Shown here one piece after another: positions 37,249 to 45,459 of a DNA stretch of 64,000 nt (position 1 is the stretch's first letter; every line of letters starts with the position of its first letter). Under the pieces are notes generated by a model. It did no database searches, was not told the origin of the DNA, and worked only from the letters and a program-made list of their open reading frames with translations. A program made the translations under genes and the position numbers. Origin of the DNA: an uncultured candidate division WWE3 bacterium. Lineage in GTDB: Bacteria > Patescibacteriota > WWE3 > UBA101185 > UBA10185. The stretch spans positions 32,762 through 96,761 of the forward strand of contig CAIRNR010000004.1 of NCBI GenBank assembly GCA_903879985.1, read 5' to 3'.

Positions 37249-39039
37249 CTATTGATGAGTCCAGACAATAAGTCCGAACAAGACGCCACACACTAACTCG
37301 ATCACGAGAATAAGTGTTGGCCAGAACGTAAATCCCCCGGTAATTGCCGCTTGTTGTGAAACAGCTGCGGAAATCACTTGGTTTATTTCGTCCTGAGATA
37401 ATACAACGCGGTCGATGAGGTAATTGAAGTTATCCTCCATTGAGGGCTTCTTAGCGCCATACCTTTCCCAAAGTCCCATAGGGGTTCCTTGAGTACCGGT
37501 TAGGCTCAGTTTGCCATCGGCGGCGATGATTAAAGCGGGCTTTCCAAAAAACCCTTCCGGTGTAAACGGAATTTTCTGTAGTTCATCTGGAATACCGGAA
37601 GCCATAGCCTCTTTCAAGGTTTCGTTTCCTATGGGGAGTCCAGACATTACACGGCATCCTGCTGGTTTAATATAGCGGCCATCAGGTCCATTACTGACAA
37701 CGCACGTCGTCAGAATGGTGTTTTGCTGCATAATCGTGTACAGCGTTTTATCGCCGAACACTTTTTTCCACTTGCCGTTGTAGAGATCAGCCCGCATATT
37801 GTAGACGAGATCATCCAGCGAAACGCCCGTGGCATTCAATTCTTCCTCGGAAACAAACGCAAACGAGTTTGAAATATGCAGTACGTTGCCGTAGTACATG
37901 TTCACGTTCTGCGCGTCGGTGGTAAAACCGGCCCAGTCAACATTTTCGGCTCCAAATTTACCGAGTGGGTAAACAAAGTCAAAGTAAGTTGGCGTGTTTC
38001 CTTTGGCGGGGCTGTACAAATCGCGTGGCTCCAGCAGCATGTGTGCCGCTTGTAGCTTTGCAATGATAGCGGGATCACCAATAAATCCGGCGTTGGCGGT
38101 AGCCAGCAGTGGATTTGAATATTGGTGCCAGGACGTGGATCCTCGAGTCGTCTGTAAATTTACGTAATACATCCAGTCGACAGGAGCTGTGTAGTCGACC
38201 ATGTTGAATTTTGTCCTGAAATTTGAATACCAAAGGTCCTGATAATTTGGAGGAAGCATCCATCCAGAAAAAAACATCAACGGGTGGTTTGCATTTCCAG
38301 CATCTGGTACCAGGTTTGTTTCGGGTGTTGCGTATATGTCGGGTAGGTTAGATTGCCCTGCGTAGCGTAAAAGTGCTTTAACGTCAGGGTCGTGTTGATG
38401 GTGCCATCTCGTTTCCCAGTCATTACAAGTATCGTCGTCGTCGTCCCAACCTACGCATACCTGATACGGATCCACATCGTACACGTGCTCGAATTCCGGG
38501 CATGTGCTGTCAGCGTCTCTATTGCCAGTACAAACTTTAACCAGCATAGAGTTTTTGGTGAGATCGACACCTTGAAGAGGCAGCATTTCCGTGAACGTAT
38601 AGTTCAGCAGTTCTGCATACCTCATTGAAACTTCCGCTTTCTTTGCTGCAAGCCCTCCTTGGGATGCAGAATCCGCAGCCTTAGTCACCTCTCCCGGCGC
38701 CCGTTCCGTAATGGATTGGTACGTCGAAATTGACGAAAAGGTTGCGATAACGAAGAAAACGGCTGATATGCCCATGAATGCACCAGCTCCGGAATTTGCA
38801 GCAAAAAACGCCGCAATGATAAGCCCGGTAACAAGGATAGCCAAAAACACCAAAAATGGTGCCCAGTCGGCTGCCCCACGCCAGAGTGCCATGGATTGAT
38901 TATATGTCTGAGTCCAGACATATCTTAAGCTCGAGTTTCCTGATACCGTTGTGTCCGCCATAGTTGCCGGAGAGCACGAAACAGCAAGGAAAATGAGCAA
39001 TCCTAGGATCGCATAAATCCTTCTTTTCTTATCTTTCAT
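37249..39039 (-). CDS. Large membrane protein with lipobox, Cys/Asp-rich extracellular region and C-terminal TM
   Basis: LAVS-C, two TMs, C...CPEFEHVY...C.GWDDDDDTC, C-terminal TM. Confidence 0.7.
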   Translation of the reverse strand: MKDKKRRIYAILGLLIFLAVSCSPATMADTTVSGNSSLRYVWTQTYNQSMALWRGAADWAPFLVFLAILVTGLIIAAFFAANSGAGAFMGISAVFFVIATFSSISTYQSITERAPGEVTKAADSASQGGLAAKKAEVSMRYAELLNYTFTEMLPLQGVDLTKNSMLVKVCTGNRDADSTCPEFEHVYDVDPYQVCVGWDDDDDTCNDWETRWHHQHDPDVKALLRYAGQSNLPDIYATPETNLVPDAGNANHPLMFFSGWMLPPNYQDLWYSNFRTKFNMVDYTAPVDWMYYVNLQTTRGSTSWHQYSNPLLATANAGFIGDPAIIAKLQAAHMLLEPRDLYSPAKGNTPTYFDFVYPLGKFGAENVDWAGFTTDAQNVNMYYGNVLHISNSFAFVSEEELNATGVSLDDLVYNMRADLYNGKWKKVFGDKTLYTIMQQNTILTTCVVSNGPDGRYIKPAGCRVMSGLPIGNETLKEAMASGIPDELQKIPFTPEGFFGKPALIIAADGKLSLTGTQGTPMGLWERYGAKKPSMEDNFNYLIDRVVLSQDEINQVISAAVSQQAAITGGFTFWPTLILVIELVCGVLFGLIVWTHQ

Positions 39040-39083
39040 TTCTAGTCCTCGATTCTATTAAGATTTCAAAGTTCTTGGGGCTT

Positions 39084-39120
39084 ATAGTAACATAGTGATG
39101 GGGAGTATTCAACCTGTAGT
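39084..39120 (-). promoter_or_regulatory. Promoter with upstream ACTACAGG element
   Basis: ACTACAGG-TTGAAT-17bp-TACTAT (TGn extended). Confidence 0.55.
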
Positions 39121-39183
39121 AAGCGTTCTTTAACAACTTAATTTCAGGCTTATATTGACCTATATTAATGCTGGTTAGATGGA

Positions 39184-40422
39184 CTATTTTACGTGTACAA
39201 ACTTATTTAGGTATCTGAAAGGTACAATTGAAAATATCGAAATCAGTCCTACTATCAAAGGAATAAACCTAAGCGCTGCTGTTTGATCAAGTAATGCTAC
39301 AATTGGTATCAGTGCTAAGCCCAGGCATCGACCAAAATTATAACTAAGCTCACTATCGCAAATAAAAGCGTACTTACTCTTTCCTTTATCTTCTTCATCC
39401 ATTATCCCCATGACAACGGGGTAACTTAATGGTCCATATAGGGCATAAGCAATTGTAAAAGCGCCTATATATAAAAGTACTGCGGCAGGTCCAAAGTACA
39501 GAGCTAGTATTAATCCACCGAAAATACTTAAAATTCTACCCAAGCTTGCCATTTTCCAGACTTCTCTACTCGCTCCTTTACGGCCTACTAAGTAAACACA
39601 AATAGCGGAAAATAGTGCTGTACTTGAATTTACCAAACCAAGAGTTCCTTCTTTTCCTACGAGTACCAATACAAGTACGCTTGGTATTACAAACTCCGCT
39701 CCGGCAGCGATATTGGATAAAATGTTGTAAATTCTTACCATTTTCCATTTCTTGGTTGGTTTTTGAACTATTAATTCTTCATGGCCATTCCCTTGAACAT
39801 TAATGCCTTGAAGTATATAGCCGGATACTGCAACTAATACTAATCCCACAAGCATTAAAGCCTTATATGACAGGTTCAATGTTTCAAGGCCATAAATTGA
39901 GGCAAAAGCAATAAAACTGCCTGCTAAAAATGGAGTAAAAATATTAATTATCATTTCACCAGCACTAACTAGTCCTACATAGTAAACGCGGCTATCACCC
40001 TTACTTAAAATTAGTTCAATATAGTTTTTATTAGCCCAAAAAATGCCGGAACCAATGCCAGCAAAAAATCCATAAATCGCTAAAACATTTGAATTTATAG
40101 ATGGAAAAACAACTATGCAAACTGCCATTATTCCTTCGAGTAAACAACCTAACCAATATAAAGGAGCAGTTTGGATTTTGCGCAGTAGTAATCCGTTTAA
40201 ATAAAAGCCAAGTGGAAGTCCGATGCAGTACAAAAAGTTATATATAAATAGTGAATATAAATTTTGGCCATTACGCCACAGATACGCGTTTGTAAAAATA
40301 AAAAATAATGTGTAAGCCATTGCGTAGAGGTAATAAGAAATCGTAAGTTTTTGTAAATCTTTTGAAAGTTTTTGATAGAGACTTATTTCTGAAAGTAGAA
40401 TTTTTTTAATCGAATTATACAT
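39184..40422 (-). CDS. MFS transporter (YqgE-like)
   Basis: 12 TM, F.NAYLW, G.GSGIFWA, EL..NFGR. Confidence 0.8.
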   Translation of the reverse strand: MYNSIKKILLSEISLYQKLSKDLQKLTISYYLYAMAYTLFFIFTNAYLWRNGQNLYSLFIYNFLYCIGLPLGFYLNGLLLRKIQTAPLYWLGCLLEGIMAVCIVVFPSINSNVLAIYGFFAGIGSGIFWANKNYIELILSKGDSRVYYVGLVSAGEMIINIFTPFLAGSFIAFASIYGLETLNLSYKALMLVGLVLVAVSGYILQGINVQGNGHEELIVQKPTKKWKMVRIYNILSNIAAGAEFVIPSVLVLVLVGKEGTLGLVNSSTALFSAICVYLVGRKGASREVWKMASLGRILSIFGGLILALYFGPAAVLLYIGAFTIAYALYGPLSYPVVMGIMDEEDKGKSKYAFICDSELSYNFGRCLGLALIPIVALLDQTAALRFIPLIVGLISIFSIVPFRYLNKFVHVK

Positions 40423-40496
40423 ATGCTGAGGTTAATTATAGCGCGTAGTTACGGGTTGGGTAAGGTGTAGGGTTTATGGATGTTGCGTGCGAAAAA

Positions 40497-40528
40497 GAAA
40501 AGGACAAACGTTTTTGGGTTTGTCCTTT
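40497..40528 (-). terminator. Intrinsic terminator
   Basis: AAAGGACAAAC...GTTTGTCCTTT. Confidence 0.75.
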
Positions 40529-40542
40529 GTGGGGTTTTTAAA

Positions 40543-40797
40543 CTAGGCTGTTTTACTATTATTTACATTCACAGCCAAACTTAAAAATTCGCGTTTAACT
40601 TCCGGTGTTGCATCAGCAGTTAAATGGTTAAGCAGTGCAATCAGATCCGAAAAGGTTTTGCATTTTTCGGAGATTTTCTGATTCGTGTAGACGCCTTTTG
40701 GAAGACCCTTGCTTCTGACTTCGGGTAACCCAGCATCACTAAATGCCTTTTGAATTAAAAGCTTTCCTTGTAACGTATTACTCCAATGAACCGTCAT
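40543..40797 (-). CDS. Hypothetical protein
   Basis: SD AAAGGA, promoter and terminator. Confidence 0.65.
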   Translation of the reverse strand: MTVHWSNTLQGKLLIQKAFSDAGLPEVRSKGLPKGVYTNQKISEKCKTFSDLIALLNHLTADATPEVKREFLSLAVNVNNSKTA

Positions 40798-40828
40798 TTT
40801 TAATTCCTTTCATTTATAGGATATCGGG

Positions 40829-40875
40829 ATTATACGTGATAATTATTGACAGGTCAACCTATAGCGTGGTAAATT
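40829..40875. promoter_or_regulatory. Overlapping divergent promoters around CCTATAGC
   Basis: Minus: GCTATAGG-TTGACC-17bp-TATAAT; plus: TTGACA-18bp-TAAATT. Confidence 0.6.
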
Positions 40876-40917
40876 ACGTCGATTGTTATTAAACCAAAAA
40901 TCAATTGGAGGCTAAAA

Positions 40918-41217
40918 ATGTCAAGTTTGCGTTACCAAATTAACAAGAGTAATGAGGAATTGTACACGCATCTGCTCAATTACGAGCAGTCCATGTACCA
41001 CTCACTGGCTTTTCTTTTCATCATTAGTATGGTGTTAGTTGGCCTGGTGATTTTCCTGCTTTTCAAATCAAGCTTTCAGGATGCAGTTTTTTCGATTTGC
41101 GTCACGGAAGCAATACTTTTTTTCTTTGGCTGGGGATTCATTTCGCCGCGTGTCGCCTGGAAAACCATTCCGGTTGCAAAGCCTGACGAAGATCCTGATC
41201 TCGCAACTGCAGAATAG
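40918..41217 (+). CDS. Hypothetical 2-TM protein
   Basis: SD GGAGG, terminator follows. Confidence 0.7.
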   Translation: MSSLRYQINKSNEELYTHLLNYEQSMYHSLAFLFIISMVLVGLVIFLLFKSSFQDAVFSICVTEAILFFFGWGFISPRVAWKTIPVAKPDEDPDLATAE

Positions 41218-41223
41218 CTAGCT

Positions 41224-41335
41224 TAACCCGACCTTACTGTCAAAAGACTTAAGGCCGGGTTATTTTTTTGATGTAACTTAGTGTGTTTAAGCAAAAAAAT
41301 AGCCTGATTTGATTTTTGGTCATATCAGGCTTATT
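41224..41335. terminator. Two adjacent terminators for convergent genes
   Basis: TAACCCGACCTTA...TAAGGCCGGGTTA+T run; AGCCTGAT...ATCAGGCT with A run. Confidence 0.7.
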
Positions 41336-41346
41336 TGTAACATTAA

Positions 41347-42660
41347 CTATTTATTCTTTTTTCCTTTATCCTCCTTATCTCCTTTTTTATCACCGCCGCC
41401 GTTGTTTTGACCTGTATTTTGGTCGTGATTCTGTTGGCCTGCGGGTTTGTCGGGTTGATGATTTTCAGCAGGTTTCACAGATGTGTCATTTTTGGGTTTA
41501 TCTGTGTCCTGATGATCACCGCCGGATGGTTTTTGGTCGGAATTATTCCCGGGTTTATCGTTGTTTCCGGGTTTCCCTTTGTCGTCACCACCTGGCTTGC
41601 TACCGTTATCGTTGGGTTTACCATCGTTGCCGGGTTTTCCCTTGTCGTCGCCTGGATTCTTGTGATCGTCATTGCCAGGTTTATCCTTATCCCCATCGCA
41701 TGGTTTTGTGGGTTCTACATGCTTTGTGGGTTCGGGAGATTTGGTCGGCTTTGGCTGCTCGGTCGGCTCGTGAGTTTTGGTTGGCGCTGGTGACTTAGTC
41801 GGACAAGGATCTGTCGGCTTTGGCTGCTCGGTCGGCTCGTGAGTTTTGGTTGGCGCTGGTGACTTAGTCGGACAAGGATCTGTCGGCTTTGGGGGCTTGG
41901 TCGGCTCGTGAGTTTTGGTTGGCGCCGGTGACTTAGTCGGGCAAGGATCTGTCGGCTTTGGAGTCCTAGTAGGCTCGTGAGTTTTGGTTGGCGCCGGTGA
42001 CTTAGTCGGACAAGGATCTGTCGGTTTAGGAGTCCTTGTTGGTTCGTCAGTTTTGGTCGGCTCGTGAGTCTTCGTGGGCTCCGGGGACTTAGTCGGCTCG
42101 TGAGTCTTCGTGGGTTCTGGTGATTTAGTCGGTACACCTGTGCCGGTTTTAGTTGGCTCCGGAGTTGGTGTATCTGTCTTTGGTGCGGTTGTGCCCGTTG
42201 GAGTGTAAGTAGGAGCAGGTGTGGGCGTATCCGTTTTCGGCGCGCTGGTGCTTGTCGGTGTGTACGTTACCACTGTTTTGGTAATGGTTCCGGTTGGCGT
42301 CGGTGTGTAAGTTGACGTAGGTGTCGGAGTCGGCGTTGGGGTTGCGGTGTTTGTTGCCGTTTCAGTCATCGTGGTTGTTACAACTGGCGTAACGGTCGTA
42401 GGTACCTGAGTTGGGCATCCACAATTGCAACAGCAGCAACAACAACAGCAGCAAGAATTGCCACCGTTCTGATTCTGCGTCCGATAGGATGCGGAAACAT
42501 TCATCTGCGCCGACGTTGGGTTATTTTGGCTCGTGGTGGTAAGTAAAGTTTTCGGCATACTTGAAGCAACGATTGTTGCACCGATTACAATTCCACCACC
42601 GATGAACACGCTCGAAAGTACAAGCGCGAAGGCCAGTACAATAGCATTAAATTTGCTCAT
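41347..42660 (-). CDS. Secreted or anchored low-complexity protein with poly-Cys tract and Pro/Thr/Lys repeats
   Basis: N-terminal hydrophobic segment, nine consecutive Cys then NCGC, PTDPCPTKSPAPTKTHE repeats, KPG/D/N tail; SD before ATG 42660. Confidence 0.8.
   Translation of the reverse strand: MSKFNAIVLAFALVLSSVFIGGGIVIGATIVASSMPKTLLTTTSQNNPTSAQMNVSASYRTQNQNGGNSCCCCCCCCCNCGCPTQVPTTVTPVVTTTMTETATNTATPTPTPTPTSTYTPTPTGTITKTVVTYTPTSTSAPKTDTPTPAPTYTPTGTTAPKTDTPTPEPTKTGTGVPTKSPEPTKTHEPTKSPEPTKTHEPTKTDEPTRTPKPTDPCPTKSPAPTKTHEPTRTPKPTDPCPTKSPAPTKTHEPTKPPKPTDPCPTKSPAPTKTHEPTEQPKPTDPCPTKSPAPTKTHEPTEQPKPTKSPEPTKHVEPTKPCDGDKDKPGNDDHKNPGDDKGKPGNDGKPNDNGSKPGGDDKGKPGNNDKPGNNSDQKPSGGDHQDTDKPKNDTSVKPAENHQPDKPAGQQNHDQNTGQNNGGGDKKGDKEDKGKKNK
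41740..42130 (-). repeat. Coding 69-bp tandem repeats (4 copies) plus 18/36-bp sub-repeats
   Basis: Near-identical GGCTCGTGAGTTTTGGTTGGCG(C/T)...GACTTAGTCGG.CAAGGATCTGTCGG units. Confidence 0.85.
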
Positions 42661-42815
42661 CTCATTTTCCTTTCTTTTGTAGTCATGGGTTTTCAAAGTT
42701 CCGAATTTGTCTTACCTGAAACGTTTAGTCCTCTTCAATAATGCCTCCTTTTTATCTCTTTATGTTTGATTATTCACGGGATATTATCATGCTATAGGGC
42801 CTTAGTCAAAAAAAA

Positions 42816-42858
42816 GAAAGGCACCAGAGATGGTATAAACCACGCAATGGTGCCTTTT
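42816..42858 (-). terminator. Intrinsic terminator
   Basis: AAAGGCACCA...TGGTGCCTTT with long loop. Confidence 0.65.
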
Positions 42859-42869
42859 AATAACTCTAG

Positions 42870-43124
42870 CTATGCGCTTAATTGATAAGTAATGGCGAGT
42901 TTAAACAAATCCCCCATTAATCGCGCGGCTGGTTCTGGCATAGCCGTCATAATCGGGAGTTTATTCAGGGCTTCAAGAACTGCATCTTTTGTTCCTCGAC
43001 GTTCCACATATTCCACAAGGGCCGTGGAATAATTCAATGCAAGACGTCCTAAGCCTGACTCTACTTCATCGAGTTCTTTGATTATCATTGATGCTACCTG
43101 TTTGAAGGTTGCTGTATCTAACAT
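42870..43124 (-). CDS. Hypothetical protein
   Basis: SD AAAGGAG, helical 84 aa. Confidence 0.65.
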   Translation of the reverse strand: MLDTATFKQVASMIIKELDEVESGLGRLALNYSTALVEYVERRGTKDAVLEALNKLPIMTAMPEPAARLMGDLFKLAITYQLSA

Positions 43125-43136
43125 TTTGAGGCTCCT

Positions 43137-43922
43137 TTACTTGATGTCCCACCAATTGGATCTGACTATTATGCCCAGTGTTGTATCGTTCTTGTGTTCT
43201 TCCCAAATAGCTCCAATCGCATCATTCTGATCAGGGTTATATTTATTGATTTTGGATTGCGTGTTATTTGCAATGAATTCCAACAACTTTAGAGGATTTG
43301 GTGTGACCAAGTCCCAGTAAATTGCTTTTGTTGGCTGCGCTTCGTTATAAAAATGTTCAATCCAACATGGTCGTTGCTTGCGTTCACCTGAAATCTTGAA
43401 GTAATACCGCTGCTTAGCGTCTACTACTTTTTTAATCGCTTTCACATGGTTATTATCTTCGGCCGCCTCAATAGCCAGGTTCATATCTCTCAATGTAGGA
43501 TAAATGAAACCTACATGATGCAATACAATGTCGTTGTTGAGTCCGTGAATTAACATTAACGCGATCATAGCATCGGTTCTTTGAGATAAGCCACGGCAGG
43601 AAACAATTGCATGAAGATCATTATTTCCATGGAGTTTTACTCTGACGCCACCCATATAGCCGAAGCCTAAAGCAAAATTCTCGGTAGGTGTCATTGCGAT
43701 GGCTTCTTTTGGGTCCAACGTATTTCGTAATTCCGCTTCCATCCCGGGGCCAACAATTGATGCTTTTGATGCTAAAAGCGGTTTATCTCCTGACCATCCT
43801 CCGTGGTACATATGAACTTCTTGTTGTGTATCCACCACCGAAATTGTTGTATACAGATGAAGTTTTGCTAACTTCATCATCGCGTGAGCACGCTCATACA
43901 AATAATCCACTTTATTTTGCAT
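43137..43922 (-). CDS. Hypothetical protein, GlcG/HbpS-like N domain plus VOC-like C domain (tentative)
   Basis: ISVVD...A.SKA...GGVRV...VSCRGL...D..IA, then LHHVGF. Confidence 0.55.
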   Translation of the reverse strand: MQNKVDYLYERAHAMMKLAKLHLYTTISVVDTQQEVHMYHGGWSGDKPLLASKASIVGPGMEAELRNTLDPKEAIAMTPTENFALGFGYMGGVRVKLHGNNDLHAIVSCRGLSQRTDAMIALMLIHGLNNDIVLHHVGFIYPTLRDMNLAIEAAEDNNHVKAIKKVVDAKQRYYFKISGERKQRPCWIEHFYNEAQPTKAIYWDLVTPNPLKLLEFIANNTQSKINKYNPDQNDAIGAIWEEHKNDTTLGIIVRSNWWDIK

Positions 43923-43993
43923 TTTCGTCTCCTTATCTATTAGTCTGATTTTGACAACGTCGACATTATACCTTTATGGTCCTATAGTATCAA

Positions 43994-44533
43994 CTATAAA
44001 TTCAAAGTTTGAGCCATCGCATCTATCAATTTATTTAGATCAAAGTTATTTTGTTCGTATTTGCAGGCTGTTTTGTTTGGATCATCGTAATTAGCGCATT
44101 GTGGAAATCCCAGTGTAAATGTGAACTTAACTACTTTATCTTTCTTTTGATAGGTGTAGCTATAGCTATTAAAAATTGTGCCTGCGGCGCCTTCGCTTGT
44201 AGTTTGTATACAGTACGTTGTACCACTACTGGCTATGGTTGCTATTTCGCCTTTACAAGAAAAAATGTCGCTGGAAATTTCTACTTCAGGTGGCCACGTT
44301 TGCGCGTTAATATATGTTGTGCCTAATTCGGGATATTTGAATGTACTACCTTCAACGTTTGTAGTTGCCGTGTTCCAATATGTTGTTGGATCAACTGCAA
44401 CATTATTTAATGCCTGTTGCTCCTGGATTTGTTTTATCTTCTTTTGATTTTGTAGCTCCACTTGAGTAAATATTAATGCAATAGAACTTATTACTATTAA
44501 TAATGATATTGGTATCAATAATTTTTTATTCAT
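43994..44533 (-). CDS. Membrane-anchored exported hypothetical protein
   Basis: N-terminal TM, FKYP, YC...SEGAAGT...Y.Y, PQCANY...C. Confidence 0.7.
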   Translation of the reverse strand: MNKKLLIPISLLIVISSIALIFTQVELQNQKKIKQIQEQQALNNVAVDPTTYWNTATTNVEGSTFKYPELGTTYINAQTWPPEVEISSDIFSCKGEIATIASSGTTYCIQTTSEGAAGTIFNSYSYTYQKKDKVVKFTFTLGFPQCANYDDPNKTACKYEQNNFDLNKLIDAMAQTLNL

Positions 44534-44607
44534 ACTTATATCTTACTTCTTTAGTTAAAAGTTGTTTTATGTTTTATTGATATTCTGCTGAAGGGTATAC
44601 TGTAATA

Positions 44608-45450
44608 ATGAAAGACGAACAAAAACCAACAAGTGATTTTCTTGGTGAGGAATTAAGATCAATAAATGAAGTTGCTTCAACACTTGACGAGAAAGCTGGT
44701 TTAATTACAGATTTAGCCTTCAGAGTTTTTGTTGAAAATCGTGTCACCCATACGGATTACGACGCCAGAGAATATACTTTTTTGCCGAAGGTTCACGGAA
44801 TTTTATATAAATTGCCCAATCATCCAAATCAAGTTATAGAGGCATTACCTGAAAGATATTTTCATGGAGAATCTGTTGAGGGAAATGCAAAAGTAATGCC
44901 GTCATTTGTAACACGTGGACTTATTACAGCTGAAGGTCAGCAAGTTATTCATTCGGATCAGCAATCTTTATTAGAATTATCTAAAGGTAAGGAAAATGTA
45001 GTTATGGCTATATTATCTGATTGCGCTGTAATCGTTGGTGAAAACAATGACTCGTTGTTTTTTGCGCACATTGGTTATGGCGAAATTGGAAATATACAAA
45101 ATGTATTAACACTTTTAAAAGAAAAAGGTGTTGATATCAAAAAATTAGTTGCTGTAGTAATGGAAAGACCTGAAGCAACCGACATAGGTTGGAATAAGAC
45201 TGTAACTAAAGAAGATTTACTAGAAATGGGCTTTATTGAAAGTAATATCACTGTGGGACATTCTGAATTTGTTGAAGAGACACAAAATGGAAAAAAACTT
45301 TTTGGCCACAATAATATTCTACAAGTTACGGCAACACCTGAATTTGTTACCGTTCAATCATTTGATTATCGAGATAAATCAGGCTTTGAAGGGCGTATAC
45401 CCTACAGTGTAACCGCTCACGACGCCATTAAAGTTTTTACATTAGAGTAA
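44608..45450 (+). CDS. Divergent PgeF/YfiH-like protein
   Basis: VHG...GLIT...ILSDCAVI...FAHIGY echoes the ADC/AHAGW motifs. Confidence 0.5.
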   Translation: MKDEQKPTSDFLGEELRSINEVASTLDEKAGLITDLAFRVFVENRVTHTDYDAREYTFLPKVHGILYKLPNHPNQVIEALPERYFHGESVEGNAKVMPSFVTRGLITAEGQQVIHSDQQSLLELSKGKENVVMAILSDCAVIVGENNDSLFFAHIGYGEIGNIQNVLTLLKEKGVDIKKLVAVVMERPEATDIGWNKTVTKEDLLEMGFIESNITVGHSEFVEETQNGKKLFGHNNILQVTATPEFVTVQSFDYRDKSGFEGRIPYSVTAHDAIKVFTLE

Positions 45451-45459
45451 ATATTCAAG

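Noticed and set aside
41740-42130. 69-bp repeats as CRISPR array, and overlapping ORFs 41316-41798, 41407-41793, 41715-42137
   Set aside because: Contiguous tandem coding repeats; other ORFs are shadow frames of low-complexity sequence
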